Source of the DNA: Gammaproteobacteria bacterium
GTDB taxonomy: Bacteria; Pseudomonadota; Gammaproteobacteria; Eutrophobiales; Eutrophobiaceae
Reading direction: 5' to 3'
Assembly (NCBI GenBank): GCA_963422205.2
Contig: CAXMWX010000003.1
Coordinates: forward strand, 224,001-288,000
DNA: 64,000 nucleotides
Both the position numbers and the translations under genes were made by a program. The notes beneath the pieces were generated by a model. It was not told the DNA's origin. It saw only the letters and a list, made by a program, of their open reading frames with translations, and did no database searches. Positions within the stretch are counted from its first letter, which is position 1, and the number at the start of each line of letters is the position of its first letter. Positions 11,503-22,496 of this stretch are shown here, in pieces.

Positions 11503-11928
11503 CGATGGCCACACTGTCTCCACCCGAGACTCAGCGAAATTGAAATTGCTGTGACGATGCAGTGTACCCGCGGCTAGACGGAAAGACCCCGTGAACCTTT
11601 ACTACAGCTTTGCACTGGACTTTGAACATGTTTGTGTAGGATAGCTGGGAGGCAGTGAAGCGTTATCGCCAGATAGCGTGGAGCCGTCCTTGAAATACCA
11701 GCCTGATGTGTTTGAGGTTCTAACCCAGGTCCGTTATCCGGATCGGAGACAGTGTATGGTGGGTAGTTTGACTGGGGCGGTCTCCTCCCAAAGCGTAACG
11801 GAGGAGCGCGAAGGTACCCTCGGCACGGTCGGAAATCGTGCTATGAGCGCAAAGGTATAAGGGTGCTTGACTGCGAGACGGACAGGTCGAGCAGGAACGA
11901 AAGTTGGTCTTAGTGATCCGGTGGTTCT

Positions 11929-11984
<56 letters not shown>

Positions 11985-12040
11985 ACCACCCAAGAGTTCA
12001 TATCGACGGTGGTGTTTGGCACCTCGATGTCGGCTCATCT

Positions 12041-12091
<51 letters not shown>

Positions 12092-12257
12092 AGGTACGCG
12101 AGCTGGGTTTAGAACGTCGTGAGACAGTTCGGTCCCTATCTGCCGCGGGCGTTGGAGATTTGAGAGGCGCTGCTCCTAGTACGAGAGGACCGGAGTGGAC
12201 GTTCCCCTGGTGTTCGGGTTGTCATGCCAATGGCATTGCCCGGTAGCTATGAACGGA

Positions 12258-12293
<36 letters not shown>

Positions 12294-12560
12294 CCCTCAA
12301 GATGAGATCTCCCTGGAGCTTTAAGCTCCCTGAAGGGCCCTCGTAGACGACGAGGTTGATAGGCTGGGTGTGGAAGCGCAGTAATGTGTGAAGCTAACCA
12401 GTACTAATTGCCCGTGAGGCTTGACCATATAACACTCAAGTGGTTTGTGTTACAGGTTAGACAACGAGTAAGCAGTGCGATGCGTTTTCTTTTTTCGATT
12501 TGGATTAATCGGGGGTAAATATAAAAAAGTTGCTTTGCCTTACGGTTAACCAGCCGCTTT

Positions 12561-12677
12561 TCCTGGCGGCCATAGCGCGTTGGCACCACCCGATCCCATC
12601 CCGAACTCGGAAGTGAAACGGCGCAGCGCCGATGGTAGTGCGGGGTCTCCCCGTGTGAGAGTAGGTCACCGCCAGGG
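12561..12677 (+). rRNA. rrf: 5S rRNA
   Basis: CCTGGCGGCCATAGCG...CCCATCCCGAACTCGGAAGTGAAA...GAGAGTAGGTCACCGCCAGG. Confidence 0.96.
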
Positions 12678-12690
12678 TTTTATCCATCAG

Positions 12691-12717
12691 GGCCAGTCAT
12701 CGACTGGCTTTTTTTTA
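12691..12717 (+). terminator. intrinsic terminator of the rrn operon
   Basis: GGCCAGTC-ATC-GACTGGCT followed by a T-tract. Confidence 0.85.
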
Positions 12718-12983
12718 TGCCGATGTTACGCGCTCGGGCAAACCCTTCGGCATTTTGTCGAAGTCTGTTCCAGATTTGCCTTGCGCTTTATGTTTGAGCG
12801 CCTGAGTTATTCGTCTCCGGGGTGACAGTTAGTTAAGAGATATTCCTGAAAAATATTGTTAGTTTTCCCGATCTGTTGCGGACATATTGCCCCAATCCTT
12901 ATTGAAGGCGTAGAAAAGGTGGGGCATAATCCTAATGTAAAGCAATATTAATAATTTCGATATTAATCGGGAGGTCACTCATC

Positions 12984-14306
12984 ATGCCAGACAAACACAT
13001 TCTTAATGCACTGCGACAGCTATCATCGCGGCTTGCCAACACAATTTCCAAGTCAATTTTATTCCTTGCCGCTGCAATCATTATGTACCCACTGACCGCC
13101 GCCGGGGATGGACATCCTGCGATTGCCCATGAGACGGTATTGTCCGGGCTTGACAACCCTTGGGACATGGCGTTTCTGCCGGACGGGACCATGTTTTTTA
13201 CCGAGAAGTGCCGCGGCCTGTCCGTGCGGTTGCCAGCGGGCAAGGTGAACAAACTGCTCGGCATGAAAGGCGCCAAGGGCTATGCCAGCACCGATGACGA
13301 TTTGTTTTGCGAGGGCCAGGCCGGGATGCAGGGCGTTGCAGTCGACCCTGACTACGCCAGCAATCGACAGATATATGTGTATTCCACATCAAGCAAGACG
13401 GCGCCCGGCACCAATCGCCTGATGCAGTTCAAGGTGAACAAGGATTTCACCGCTGTCTCAAATCGGACTGATATCGTTGATGATGTCCCGTACAAACCGG
13501 AGGCGACCGATCACCCGTTCGGCGGGCCTGGCGCACATAACGGTGGGCGTGTCCGCTTCGGCCCGGATGGGTTTATCTATCTCACCACGGGTGACACGCA
13601 CAATGGCAAGGTTCCGCAAAGCCCAACGCTGCTCGGCGGCAAAGTGCTTCGCATCGACCGGGAAGGAAAACCGGCTGTGGGTAACACACCCCCGAAAGGC
13701 TACGATGCGCGGATTTATACCTATGGCCACCGCAACGTGCAGGGCATATCCTTCCGTCCGGGCGATGGCACACCGGTGGTGGCCGAGCATGGGCCGTGGC
13801 ATTCCGATGAGATCACCGTGCTCAGGAATGGCGGCAATGCGGGCTGGGATCCGCGCCCGAACATGGCCGGTCGCGGCGATTGCCCCGACAACTACTGCGG
13901 CTACATGCCGACCCAGATGGAGGGCATGGATCCGGCAAAACGGGCAGCGTATATGCCCATGACAGACACCAAGACCTACCCGGATGCGATGCCGCCTGTG
14001 ACGAACAACAACGGTCTCTCTCAGGGCATCTCCAGTGCCGTGTTCCTGACCGGTGATCAGTGGGGTGCATGGGATGGACGTCTTGCTGTTGGCTTTATGG
14101 GAATAGGCTTTGGCGGGACACCGGTGGGTCAGCGCATCGATGTGATTGCGCTTGCGGAAGACGGCATGTCCGCAGATGAGGTTACCACGATGGCATTGCC
14201 CATGGCGGCGGGTCGCTTCCGATCGGTTGTGCAGGGGCCGGATGGCAGCCTGTATACCTCTGTGGATGAGGGCATGATCTACAAACTGACCCCCTCCTCC
14301 AAGTAG
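12984..14306 (+). CDS. PQQ-dependent soluble sugar dehydrogenase (GSDH/YliI family), secreted
   Basis: GLDNPWDMAFLPDG, HNGGRVRFGPDG, GKVLRI, TYGHRNVQG, RFRSVVQGPDGSLY; N-terminal signal-like segment. Confidence 0.88.
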   Translation: MPDKHILNALRQLSSRLANTISKSILFLAAAIIMYPLTAAGDGHPAIAHETVLSGLDNPWDMAFLPDGTMFFTEKCRGLSVRLPAGKVNKLLGMKGAKGYASTDDDLFCEGQAGMQGVAVDPDYASNRQIYVYSTSSKTAPGTNRLMQFKVNKDFTAVSNRTDIVDDVPYKPEATDHPFGGPGAHNGGRVRFGPDGFIYLTTGDTHNGKVPQSPTLLGGKVLRIDREGKPAVGNTPPKGYDARIYTYGHRNVQGISFRPGDGTPVVAEHGPWHSDEITVLRNGGNAGWDPRPNMAGRGDCPDNYCGYMPTQMEGMDPAKRAAYMPMTDTKTYPDAMPPVTNNNGLSQGISSAVFLTGDQWGAWDGRLAVGFMGIGFGGTPVGQRIDVIALAEDGMSADEVTTMALPMAAGRFRSVVQGPDGSLYTSVDEGMIYKLTPSSK

Positions 14307-14470
14307 GCCCCTCCAGGCAAGTCTGTCACACAGCCGTGCTGCTGTTGCAGTGCGGCTGTTTTTAGTTTCCTTATCTTCATCCGGCAGAATACCTGGCTGT
14401 ATAAGTTCAGAAACCTGTTGCACTTATTGGCGGCTAAAAGCGAGTGCCATAGCACCCCGCCATACTGTCT

Positions 14471-14640
14471 CTCTCCGTCATTCTGAGCGAACGACTACAG
14501 GGATGTAGGAGGTAGAAAACGTCGGGAACAGGTTTTCGAGCGAAGAATCTATGCCACTATCACGATAGATCCTTCAGTCGTTGCACTCCTTCAGGATGAC
14601 GGAGAGGGCATGATAGATCCTTCGCTGCGCCCAGGATGAC
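14471..14640. repeat. REP-like palindromic repeat cluster (GTCATTCTGAGCG..GCGAAGAATCT type) with a nested 45-nt insert
   Basis: CTCTCCGTCATTCTGA...GAAGAATCTAT pairs with ATAGATCCTTC...TCAGGATGACGGAGAG; third arm AGATCCTTCGCTGCGCCCAGGATGAC. Confidence 0.7.
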
Positions 14641-14822
14641 CAATCCCCGTGCAGTACATGATCAAGTACAATAAAATGTGCAATAGGGGGTGGACTCATA
14701 CACCGGCTGCCCTCCGCCCGGAAAGTGTGGCAGAATAGGCTGCCCAAGTGTGGGTAAATCAGTTCAACCGATCATGATGCTAACTATGCTCAAGAAAACA
14801 GACAATCCAGGAGGGTATCCTT

Positions 14823-15140
14823 ATGAAAATTCTACTACCTGTCGTTTTCGCTGCTGTCCTGATGCTGGCTGCGACATCCGCCAGGGCAATGGACAGTGAT
14901 GCCGCCGCAAAGACTTTTGCCCGGGTCTGTGCAACCTGTCATGGCCCGACCGGGCAGGGTATGGCGAGCTTCCCGCGGCTTGCCGGTCAGTCGGCTGACT
15001 ATATCGCTGCCCGGCTGAAGCAGTATCGTGCCGGAGAGAAGGTCGGCCCCAATTCCCCGCTGATGATGCCCCATGCCGTCAACCTGTCTGATGCTGAGAT
15101 AACGAACCTGTCGGACTACATTGCCACAACTTTTCAATAG
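14823..15140 (+). CDS. class I monoheme cytochrome c (c553/c4-like)
   Basis: Signal peptide, CATCHG, FPRLAGQ, distal Met in LMMP, LSDAEI; SD GGAGG. Confidence 0.92.
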   Translation: MKILLPVVFAAVLMLAATSARAMDSDAAAKTFARVCATCHGPTGQGMASFPRLAGQSADYIAARLKQYRAGEKVGPNSPLMMPHAVNLSDAEITNLSDYIATTFQ

Positions 15141-15237
15141 ACCGAAACATCCATTCAGTAAACCGACGATGATCTGAGATGTCATTAACAGCGTGCGCCG
15201 TTATTTGAGGATAATTATAAATAACAGACGCCTGATA

Positions 15238-16046
15238 ATGAAGCGTTTGCCTTTATATATCAAAATAATACTGAGATATGGCTTTGCAAACAGAAAAGCG
15301 GTATTAGATTTAATTGAACAATTACATCCACGGTCAACACAATTTGAGTTAATCAGGCTGGGCCCTGATACTGATGGGGGATATCTGCTGCCCAATGATT
15401 TAGAGGGAATAACGGCCTGCTTCTCTCCTGGCGTAGGCGATATCAGTGAGTTTGAACGCCAATGCCTACATCGTGGTATGAAAGTTTTTATGGCGGATAA
15501 AACGGTAAATCAACCTGACTGGGTGTTGCCAGCGATGTGTGGAGTTTCACCAAAAAACATATTGGCAGCGTGGATAATGAGCATAATATGACGATGGACA
15601 GTTGGCGTGATTCCAGCGGCTTAGACCCTGCTGCTGACTTGCTTTTACAAATGGACATTGAAGGCGGTGAATATGCCGCTATTATGAGTATGTCGGATAA
15701 ACTCATGCGGCGATTTCGAATCATGGTGATCGAATTCCATGATTTAGATGGATTGCTTGAAACAAGGCCTCTTACGCACTACCTGCCACTTAGACACCGT
15801 ATCGTTGCAGCGTTTACCAGGTTATTGAAGACACATATCTGTGTGCATATTCATCCTAATAATGTTAGCCATCAGGTTATACGTGAGAATATGGCATGTT
15901 CTCCTGAAATGGAGTTCACTTTTTTAAGGAAGGACCGGGCTAGAATTACCGGTTATCAGACTGAATTTCCGCATAGATTAGATTACGATAATGTAAGTCA
16001 CAAACCACATGTCCCATTGCCGGCGGACTGGTATCATCAGGATTAG
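15238..16046 (+). pseudogene. FkbM-like methyltransferase split by a frameshift near 15530
   Basis: LIRLGPDTDGGYL, CFSPGV in ORF 15193-15591 continue as LLLQMDIEGGE, IEFH, HIHPNN in ORF 15537-16046. Confidence 0.7.
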
Positions 16047-16149
16047 CGCATTCATTGTGCATCCACTGATTCTCATGCAGGGCATGGTGTTTGCTGTGTT
16101 TTTCTGACGGGACAGCAACGCATCCTGCCGACAATCGCTTCATCGCCTA

Positions 16150-17523
16150 TTGATTTTAATGACACGATACATAGCATCGCTGTGCTTGTGTGTGCTGTTC
16201 TTTAAAAGTGCTGCTGCATCGGTTGTGTTCCCGGATCGCTTTATGCTGATACAACTGTTCCGGGACAGTCATTTTGTTGAACTCAATCGTATCCTGGAAA
16301 GTTATCAGCAGGGTTTTGAGGCCGATGATACTGATGAACGTGTGTTGCTCTTTGGCATAGAGAGTATCAGCACAGCCAATCCGGAGTCGGCCTATTTATT
16401 TGATGAGTGGGTCAAATCGCAGCCCGATAATGCTATCCCCTATCTTGCCCGTGCCTATTATGCTTACCATGTTGCCTGGTTCTGGCGTGGGCATGAGACG
16501 ATTAACAACACAAGGCCGTATCACCTGGCCAGGATGAAGCGGTCTCTGGAGTCCGCCGCCGATGACTTGACCCGGGCGATTAATATGCAGCCATCTCTGG
16601 CGATTGCCTATGCCCTGGCAATACGCATCCTGATGTTGCTCGGCGCTGAGGAATTACAGGCTGAGGCATACGATGAAGCCATCGCCTATTATCCGAATTC
16701 TTACCTGGTCAGGGCGAGTTATCTGTGGAGTTTGAAGCCCAAGTGGGGCGGCAGTCCCCATCGCCTGCTGGCGTATATTGAGGAGATAGCATCCCGGGCC
16801 GAAAAAAATCCGCTATTGAAGGATTTGCTCGGCTACAGTGATTACATTTTTGCCGAGTTCCTGTCAGATGGGAAGGCGTATCAGCAGGCCAGGGCACATT
16901 ATGATATCGCCATCATCAAAGGGGCTGATCATATTGTCTATCGAGAGCGCGGCATCAATTATTATCACCTGGGCGAATATGAACTGGCACTGAATGATTT
17001 TAACGAGTCCCTTAAATTATGGCCGCAGAATTATCGGGTGTTACGCTGGCGGGCGAATGTCTACATGCGTCAGGGAAGACATTCTGAGGCAGTCACCGAT
17101 CTGGCACTGGCCGTTGAATTAAATCCATACAATAAATACGCCTTGCTGTCATTGGCGGCTGTGTTACGCAAACTGGGCCAGTTCGAGGGTGTGCATACAT
17201 TGTATGATCGTGCGCTTTACTACAACAGCCAGGATGCCAATATCTGGTTTGAAAGAGGCATGCACTATGCCCGGGATTTATTTAAGTTTGATTTGGCGGT
17301 GCCGGATTTAAGGCGCGCTACCGAATTGGCACCCGATGAACCGCAATACTGGTATCACTATGCCGCTGTGCTGCACTATGCGTTTGATTGCCGGATCACC
17401 CGGCCACTGGAAAAATATTTATCATTGTGTGGCGAGTTAGCCACCTGTAACGACAAAGAACTAACGTGGGCAAGAAAGGCCAGGGGCTGGTTACAACACA
17501 ACGATGCCTGCCATGAAGATTGA
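16150..17523 (+). CDS. secreted TPR protein with DUF4034-like N-terminal region
   Basis: AWFWRG and LKPKWGGS motifs followed by TPR-like repeats. Confidence 0.65.
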   Translation: MILMTRYIASLCLCVLFFKSAAASVVFPDRFMLIQLFRDSHFVELNRILESYQQGFEADDTDERVLLFGIESISTANPESAYLFDEWVKSQPDNAIPYLARAYYAYHVAWFWRGHETINNTRPYHLARMKRSLESAADDLTRAINMQPSLAIAYALAIRILMLLGAEELQAEAYDEAIAYYPNSYLVRASYLWSLKPKWGGSPHRLLAYIEEIASRAEKNPLLKDLLGYSDYIFAEFLSDGKAYQQARAHYDIAIIKGADHIVYRERGINYYHLGEYELALNDFNESLKLWPQNYRVLRWRANVYMRQGRHSEAVTDLALAVELNPYNKYALLSLAAVLRKLGQFEGVHTLYDRALYYNSQDANIWFERGMHYARDLFKFDLAVPDLRRATELAPDEPQYWYHYAAVLHYAFDCRITRPLEKYLSLCGELATCNDKELTWARKARGWLQHNDACHED

Positions 17524-17537
17524 TGATCGGACTTAGG

Positions 17538-18524
17538 TTATTTATCTGCGATGAAGTTACCAAAGGCACGGCTACCCTCATCCGTCAGGATGGTGGTCTG
17601 TATCTGCAAGGTGTCCGGGTCAATCACAGTGACACTGCCGTCAAACCAGTTGGCGACATAGATCGCCTGCCTGACGGGATCAATGTCAATGCCTTCGGGA
17701 TAGTCACCCGTGTACAGGGTGTTGATTTCTTTTTCCGTCTCAAGATCGATGACTGAAACGCTGTTATCACGCTGGTTGGTGACAAACAAACGATCGGTCT
17801 TGCGATGCCAGGTCATGGCATAAGGGAATTGCCCGACGGCAAGGGTCGAGATAACCTTCCTGTCTGACAGGGAGACCACGGACACAGAATTATCCTGCAC
17901 ATTGGCGACCATGAGTTGCTGTTTTTCCGGTAGCAGCAACAGGCCAAAAGGCGCCTTGCCCACTGGAATTTCTGCGCTGATCTGTTGTGTCTGCAAGTCA
18001 ATCACCATCAACGAATTCTCTTTTTTATTGGCCACATACAACTCCGTACCGGCCTCGTTGACGGCCAGGCCGGCGGGCGACTTGCCGGTTGTTATCTTGC
18101 GGCTGATCTGTAACAGGCTGTCTGAGATCACATAGATCGCATTTTCATACCAGTCGGCGACATAGATAAAATCCCCCCTGTGATCGGCGGCAATACCCAG
18201 CGGCCCGCTGCCGAGGCTGATGGTTTTTACCACAGCAAGCGAGGCCGTATCGATCACGCTGATGCTTTGGTCTTCCGGGTTGCTGATATAAACCCGTTTA
18301 TTGTTTGCCGTAGTGGTCACCCCGGCAGGGCGATGACCCACGATGATCGTTTTGATCACTTGCTGGCTGGCGGTATCAATCACCGAGACATTATTCGCTC
18401 CCTGGTTGGTGATATAGGCGAGTGGGGCAGAACACAGGGGCGAACTGGCAAAGCACAACACCGCCCACAGGTAAGGTGTCAAGCAAGATGGCAAGGAATG
18501 ATCACAGCAGGTGCCACTGGTCAT
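17538..18524 (-). CDS. YVTN beta-propeller repeat protein
   Basis: Repeated YITN/YVAN...SVSVID...I.VG..P.G units. Confidence 0.88.
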   Translation of the reverse strand: MTSGTCCDHSLPSCLTPYLWAVLCFASSPLCSAPLAYITNQGANNVSVIDTASQQVIKTIIVGHRPAGVTTTANNKRVYISNPEDQSISVIDTASLAVVKTISLGSGPLGIAADHRGDFIYVADWYENAIYVISDSLLQISRKITTGKSPAGLAVNEAGTELYVANKKENSLMVIDLQTQQISAEIPVGKAPFGLLLLPEKQQLMVANVQDNSVSVVSLSDRKVISTLAVGQFPYAMTWHRKTDRLFVTNQRDNSVSVIDLETEKEINTLYTGDYPEGIDIDPVRQAIYVANWFDGSVTVIDPDTLQIQTTILTDEGSRAFGNFIADK

Positions 18525-18556
18525 ATCAGCTATGGCGTGACAGTAACAGACAATGC

Positions 18557-19084
18557 TTATTGTTCAGCCAGCGCTTTTAGTTGATTCAGGCCGCCCTCAT
18601 ACAGCTCAGAGATGAGTTTGATTGCTGTCTCATCACTCAGTTCTGGCGGCGGATTGGGCCCGGGAAAAGAACGATAAAACGCCCCCTTGTATTCAACTTT
18701 GCTGCCGCCTTCTTCTGTGGCGGTCACTGTCAACATGGAACCCAGTGTACTCACGGGCAGGGCCTTGTCGTTGGGCGTAACCATCATGTATTGAATGCGC
18801 TTGTTATCTGGCAGATGTTTTATCAGCTTCTCCTGTATCGCCTCACCATTTTGCAGGGTAATGGTTCTCACTGTCTCCGGCTGGTCGGCAGAGTCAGTCT
18901 GGCAGTCAGTAACGCCAGGGTTCCAGCGTGAGATGGAACAAAACTCCCGTATTATCTCCCAGACTTTCTCCGGGCTGGCGTTAATAGTGACTTCCTTGAT
19001 AACCCGTTGTCTTGAAGGCCCGTGGGCATGGGCAAGACCGGGCAGCAGCAGGATTATCAACAGTAAGGTAAAACGCAGTTGCAT
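18557..19084 (-). CDS. SRPBCC family periplasmic protein (MxaD-like)
   Basis: Signal peptide then AHGPSRQRV..EVTINASPEKVW, GAFYR.FP..NPPPELSDE.A...Y..GL. Confidence 0.82.
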   Translation of the reverse strand: MQLRFTLLLIILLLPGLAHAHGPSRQRVIKEVTINASPEKVWEIIREFCSISRWNPGVTDCQTDSADQPETVRTITLQNGEAIQEKLIKHLPDNKRIQYMMVTPNDKALPVSTLGSMLTVTATEEGGSKVEYKGAFYRSFPGPNPPPELSDETAIKLISELYEGGLNQLKALAEQ

Positions 19085-19103
19085 GGCTTGTTCCCCTCGT
19101 ACC

Positions 19104-21335
19104 CTAGGCGATATGGCCTATCGGCAGCGAGCGGATCCGTTTGCCGGTCAAGGTGAAGAGCGCATTGCACACAGCCGGTGCGATGGGCGGCGTACCAGGC
19201 TCACCAATACCGCCCAGGGCCTCCCCGCTGTTGATGATTTCAACCCCCACCTCGGGCATCTCCTGGGCGGTCAGAATGGGATAATCATCAAAGTTGCCGT
19301 TGACCGCCCGGCCCTGTTCCATCTTCACTGTCTCATGCAAGGCAGCCGACAAGCCATAGACGATGCCGCTTTCTATCTGCATGGTAACGATGTTCGGGTT
19401 GACGGCAAAACCACAGTCCACGCTGCACCACACCTTATGCACTTCTGGCTGCCCGGCGGCATCCACGCTGACCTCGGCCACCTGACAGGCGATCGTCTGA
19501 TAGGCATGATGTATGGCGATTCCCATCGCACACTGCCTGCCTTGTGCATTGGTATAAGGTGCTGCTCGCCAATCTGCCATGTCCGCGGCGCGCTGCAACA
19601 CCTTGGTAAAGCGTGCATTACCGGCCAGCAGGCGCTGACGTAGCACCAGCGGGTCTGTGTTGGTTGCCGCGGCCACCTCATCGATGAAGCACTCATTGAA
19701 AAACGCATTATGCGAATTGCCGACCGAGCGCCAGAAACCCAGCGGTGCGGGCGATGGCTCGTAGACATAATCATGCTGTCTGTTGGCGATGGCATAGCCC
19801 TGTTCGGTGACGCCCTCAATGACCGATGGGTCGATATTATCCTCGCCAATGCGCGCACCGAAGTGACGGCGCATCGGCCCGTCCCCCACGGTGGTGGTAT
19901 GCAGGGCGATCAGGCTGCCGTCCGCCGCCAGTGCCGCGCGGTACCTGGCCGCTGTCATCGGTCGGTAATGATCGTGTTGCATGTCCTCTTCCCTGGACCA
20001 GATCACCTTGATCGGCTTGCCCTTGTGCCTGGCGGCCAGCGTCAGCGCCTGCACGGCATAATCGTTGATGAAGCGCCGACCAAAACCACCCCCCAGATAC
20101 GGCGTGTGTACGGTAATCTGTGCCGGCGCAAGACCGGTGATCTGCCCGGCTATCTCCACCACCGCATCCACCCCCTGGTTCGGCGCCCACACGGTGCAGC
20201 TGTCATCATCTACCAGCGCGGTGCAATTCATCGGCTCCATCGTGGCGTGTGCCAGGAAAGGCGTATGGTAGGTGGCGGTGATGGTGGTGGCGGCTTCGGC
20301 AAACGCCGCTGCAATATCGCCATGCTGTTCCACCGTCTCGCCTGGCTCATCAAGGCGCGCTTGCAGCTTGCTGAGGTAGGTGGGGGAGGAAAAGCCGCTG
20401 TCGATACCGCCTTTGAAGGCTACCGGCAGCGTATTCAGAGCAGACTTCGCATGCCAGTAGTGATCGGCAATGACGGCCACGCCATGGAGGATCTGCTCAA
20501 CGGCGACCACGCCCGGCATACCCATCACCGGCCCGGCGTCCAGCGTATCCACCTCGCCATCGAACACCGGGGCTTGGCTGACCGCCGCACTCAACAGGCC
20601 GGGCTGCTGCTGATCGATGCCGAACCGGGCCTGGCCATTGGTCTTGGCGGGAACGTCCACCCGGTCATTCGGCTGGCCGAGCAGCCGGTAGTCGGCCGGG
20701 GTCTTTAGCGTGATGTCGATGGGCATCGGCAGTTGGGCAGCGCGGGCGGCCAGCTCGCCGTAGCCCAGTTTCCTGCCGCTGGCCGGCTCGATAACCTGGC
20801 TTTGCTCGGTGACAAGCCCGCCGACATCAACCTGTAGCTGCTCGGCCGCCGCCCGCAGCAACATGCTGCGCGCCGCTGCGCCCGCCTCTCTTAGCGGCAC
20901 GAAGGCCGAGCGCAGGCTGCGGCTGCCGCCGGTAAAGCGCATGGTGTTGTCGAACATGATGCGGTAGGCCGGCCCGTGCGGGGCCTGCATGACCTTGACA
21001 TCGGCCATGTCGGCGTCCAACTCCTCGGCGACCAGCGAGGCGATGGAGGTGTAGATGCCCTGGCCCATCTCCACGAACGGACTGAGGATGGTGATCTGCC
21101 CCTGCGTATCCAGCACGATGAAGGCGGTCAATTCGCTCTCGTCCGCTCCATTTTGAATATTGCCCTGAATATTGTCTTGGGCGGCGGGCGTGGCGGCATC
21201 CTCCCGTGAGCAGCCCGGCAGGGCGCAGCTTAAAATGAGCGCCGAGCCGGAGGCGAGCGAGCGGCTGATAAAGGTACGCCGGTTCATGTGGATTTTTGGG
21301 GTAATGTCTGGGCTGATGTTTGCTATGGCACTCAT
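19104..21335 (-). CDS. xanthine oxidase-family molybdopterin subunit (IorB/aldehyde oxidoreductase-like), Tat-exported
   Basis: NRRTF twin-arginine, [36 protein letters not shown]; ATG overlaps the upstream stop. Confidence 0.9.
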   Translation of the reverse strand: MSAIANISPDITPKIHMNRRTFISRSLASGSALILSCALPGCSREDAATPAAQDNIQGNIQNGADESELTAFIVLDTQGQITILSPFVEMGQGIYTSIASLVAEELDADMADVKVMQAPHGPAYRIMFDNTMRFTGGSRSLRSAFVPLREAGAAARSMLLRAAAEQLQVDVGGLVTEQSQVIEPASGRKLGYGELAARAAQLPMPIDITLKTPADYRLLGQPNDRVDVPAKTNGQARFGIDQQQPGLLSAAVSQAPVFDGEVDTLDAGPVMGMPGVVAVEQILHGVAVIADHYWHAKSALNTLPVAFKGGIDSGFSSPTYLSKLQARLDEPGETVEQHGDIAAAFAEAATTITATYHTPFLAHATMEPMNCTALVDDDSCTVWAPNQGVDAVVEIAGQITGLAPAQITVHTPYLGGGFGRRFINDYAVQALTLAARHKGKPIKVIWSREEDMQHDHYRPMTAARYRAALAADGSLIALHTTTVGDGPMRRHFGARIGEDNIDPSVIEGVTEQGYAIANRQHDYVYEPSPAPLGFWRSVGNSHNAFFNECFIDEVAAATNTDPLVLRQRLLAGNARFTKVLQRAADMADWRAAPYTNAQGRQCAMGIAIHHAYQTIACQVAEVSVDAAGQPEVHKVWCSVDCGFAVNPNIVTMQIESGIVYGLSAALHETVKMEQGRAVNGNFDDYPILTAQEMPEVGVEIINSGEALGGIGEPGTPPIAPAVCNALFTLTGKRIRSLPIGHIA

Positions 21336-21793
21336 GAGATGGCCTCCTGCTTGCCGCTGGCGGTTTTGATCGCCCGGAAGATGCGCTGATAGGTGCCGCA
21401 ACGGCACAGGTTGTTCATGCCAGCCCAGATCTGCTCATCCGTGGGTTGCGGGTTGTTCTCAAGGAAGGCAACGGCGCTCATGATCTGCCCGGACTGGCAA
21501 TAACCGCACTGCGGCGCTTGCTCGGCTATCCAGGCCTGTTGCACCGGATGTGTGCCGTCATCAGACAGCCCCTCAATGGTGGTTATGTCTTTGTTATCGG
21601 CGGCGCGTGCCGGGGTGATGCAACTCCTCACAGCATTGCCATCGAGGTGTATGGTGCAGGCACCGCACAGCCCCTTGCCGCAGCCGTATTTGGTGCCGGT
21701 CAAGCCGGCCACATCGCGTATCGCCCATAACAACGGCATATCCGGGGCGATGTCAAGTTGCTCCGGTTTGCCATTAATCGTGACTGTTATCAT
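21332..21793 (-). CDS. (2Fe-2S)-binding small subunit (IorA-like)
   Basis: [34 protein letters not shown]. Confidence 0.93.
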   Translation of the reverse strand: MITVTINGKPEQLDIAPDMPLLWAIRDVAGLTGTKYGCGKGLCGACTIHLDGNAVRSCITPARAADNKDITTIEGLSDDGTHPVQQAWIAEQAPQCGYCQSGQIMSAVAFLENNPQPTDEQIWAGMNNLCRCGTYQRIFRAIKTASGKQEAIS

Positions 21794-22424
21794 TGCTGTC
21801 TACCTCGTCTTCGGCGGTGGGTAATCCTGCTGTGATCATATCCTGTTTGCTGTCGATATCATACTGTGCCTGTGGCATATCCACGCATACTACCCTTTTT
21901 TTATGTCTCTGTAACAGGGCTTTTGCACCGCTGGCGGCGGGCAGCTTGCGTAATGCCGGAAAAAATTCCGCCGGCAGGATGGCCGGTATGCCCACCGTAT
22001 CAGTATACCCGCTGGCGACAATGGACGATGGGTTATGCAGCCAGGCCGCCTTTAAGGTGTCAAGTTGCTCACCGCCCATCAACACCTGATCACAGGGCAT
22101 GAGCAGGGCGGCATGGGCATCCCCGGGCAGCTTGCTGATGCCGCAGGCGATGGAAGTGCCTATGCCGGCCTGCCAGTGGCGGTTGTGGACAATCGTAACA
22201 CCGGCCCCGGCGATCTCGGTCTCGACCTGTTGCCGGTGTGCCCCGGTAATGATCAGGATATGCGGCCGGGCGATCAGCATTGCCGCACCATCGATGGCAC
22301 GGCTGACAAAACTACGATTGCCGAACATCGCTACCTGCTTGGCACTGCCAAAACGCCTGCCCTGCCCGGCCGCCAGGATGATGGCATACAGCTTGTCAGT
22401 GTTGATATGGTCAGGCATCGGCAT
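21774..22424 (-). CDS. molybdenum cofactor cytidylyltransferase (MocA-like)
   Basis: [27 protein letters not shown]; adjacent to an MCD-type molybdoenzyme. Confidence 0.85.
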   Translation of the reverse strand: MPMPDHINTDKLYAIILAAGQGRRFGSAKQVAMFGNRSFVSRAIDGAAMLIARPHILIITGAHRQQVETEIAGAGVTIVHNRHWQAGIGTSIACGISKLPGDAHAALLMPCDQVLMGGEQLDTLKAAWLHNPSSIVASGYTDTVGIPAILPAEFFPALRKLPAASGAKALLQRHKKRVVCVDMPQAQYDIDSKQDMITAGLPTAEDEVDSNDNSHD

Positions 22425-22496
22425 CTCTTCATTCTACTCATTATGGCGCATACTGTTATCATACCGACTCTGCAAAATTGATAGCGCACGGAAGTC

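Noticed and set aside
13458-14423. 321-aa antisense ORF, and similar ones at 19710-20708, 30345-31205 and 42899-43672
   Set aside because: Antisense shadows of GC-rich genes with no motifs
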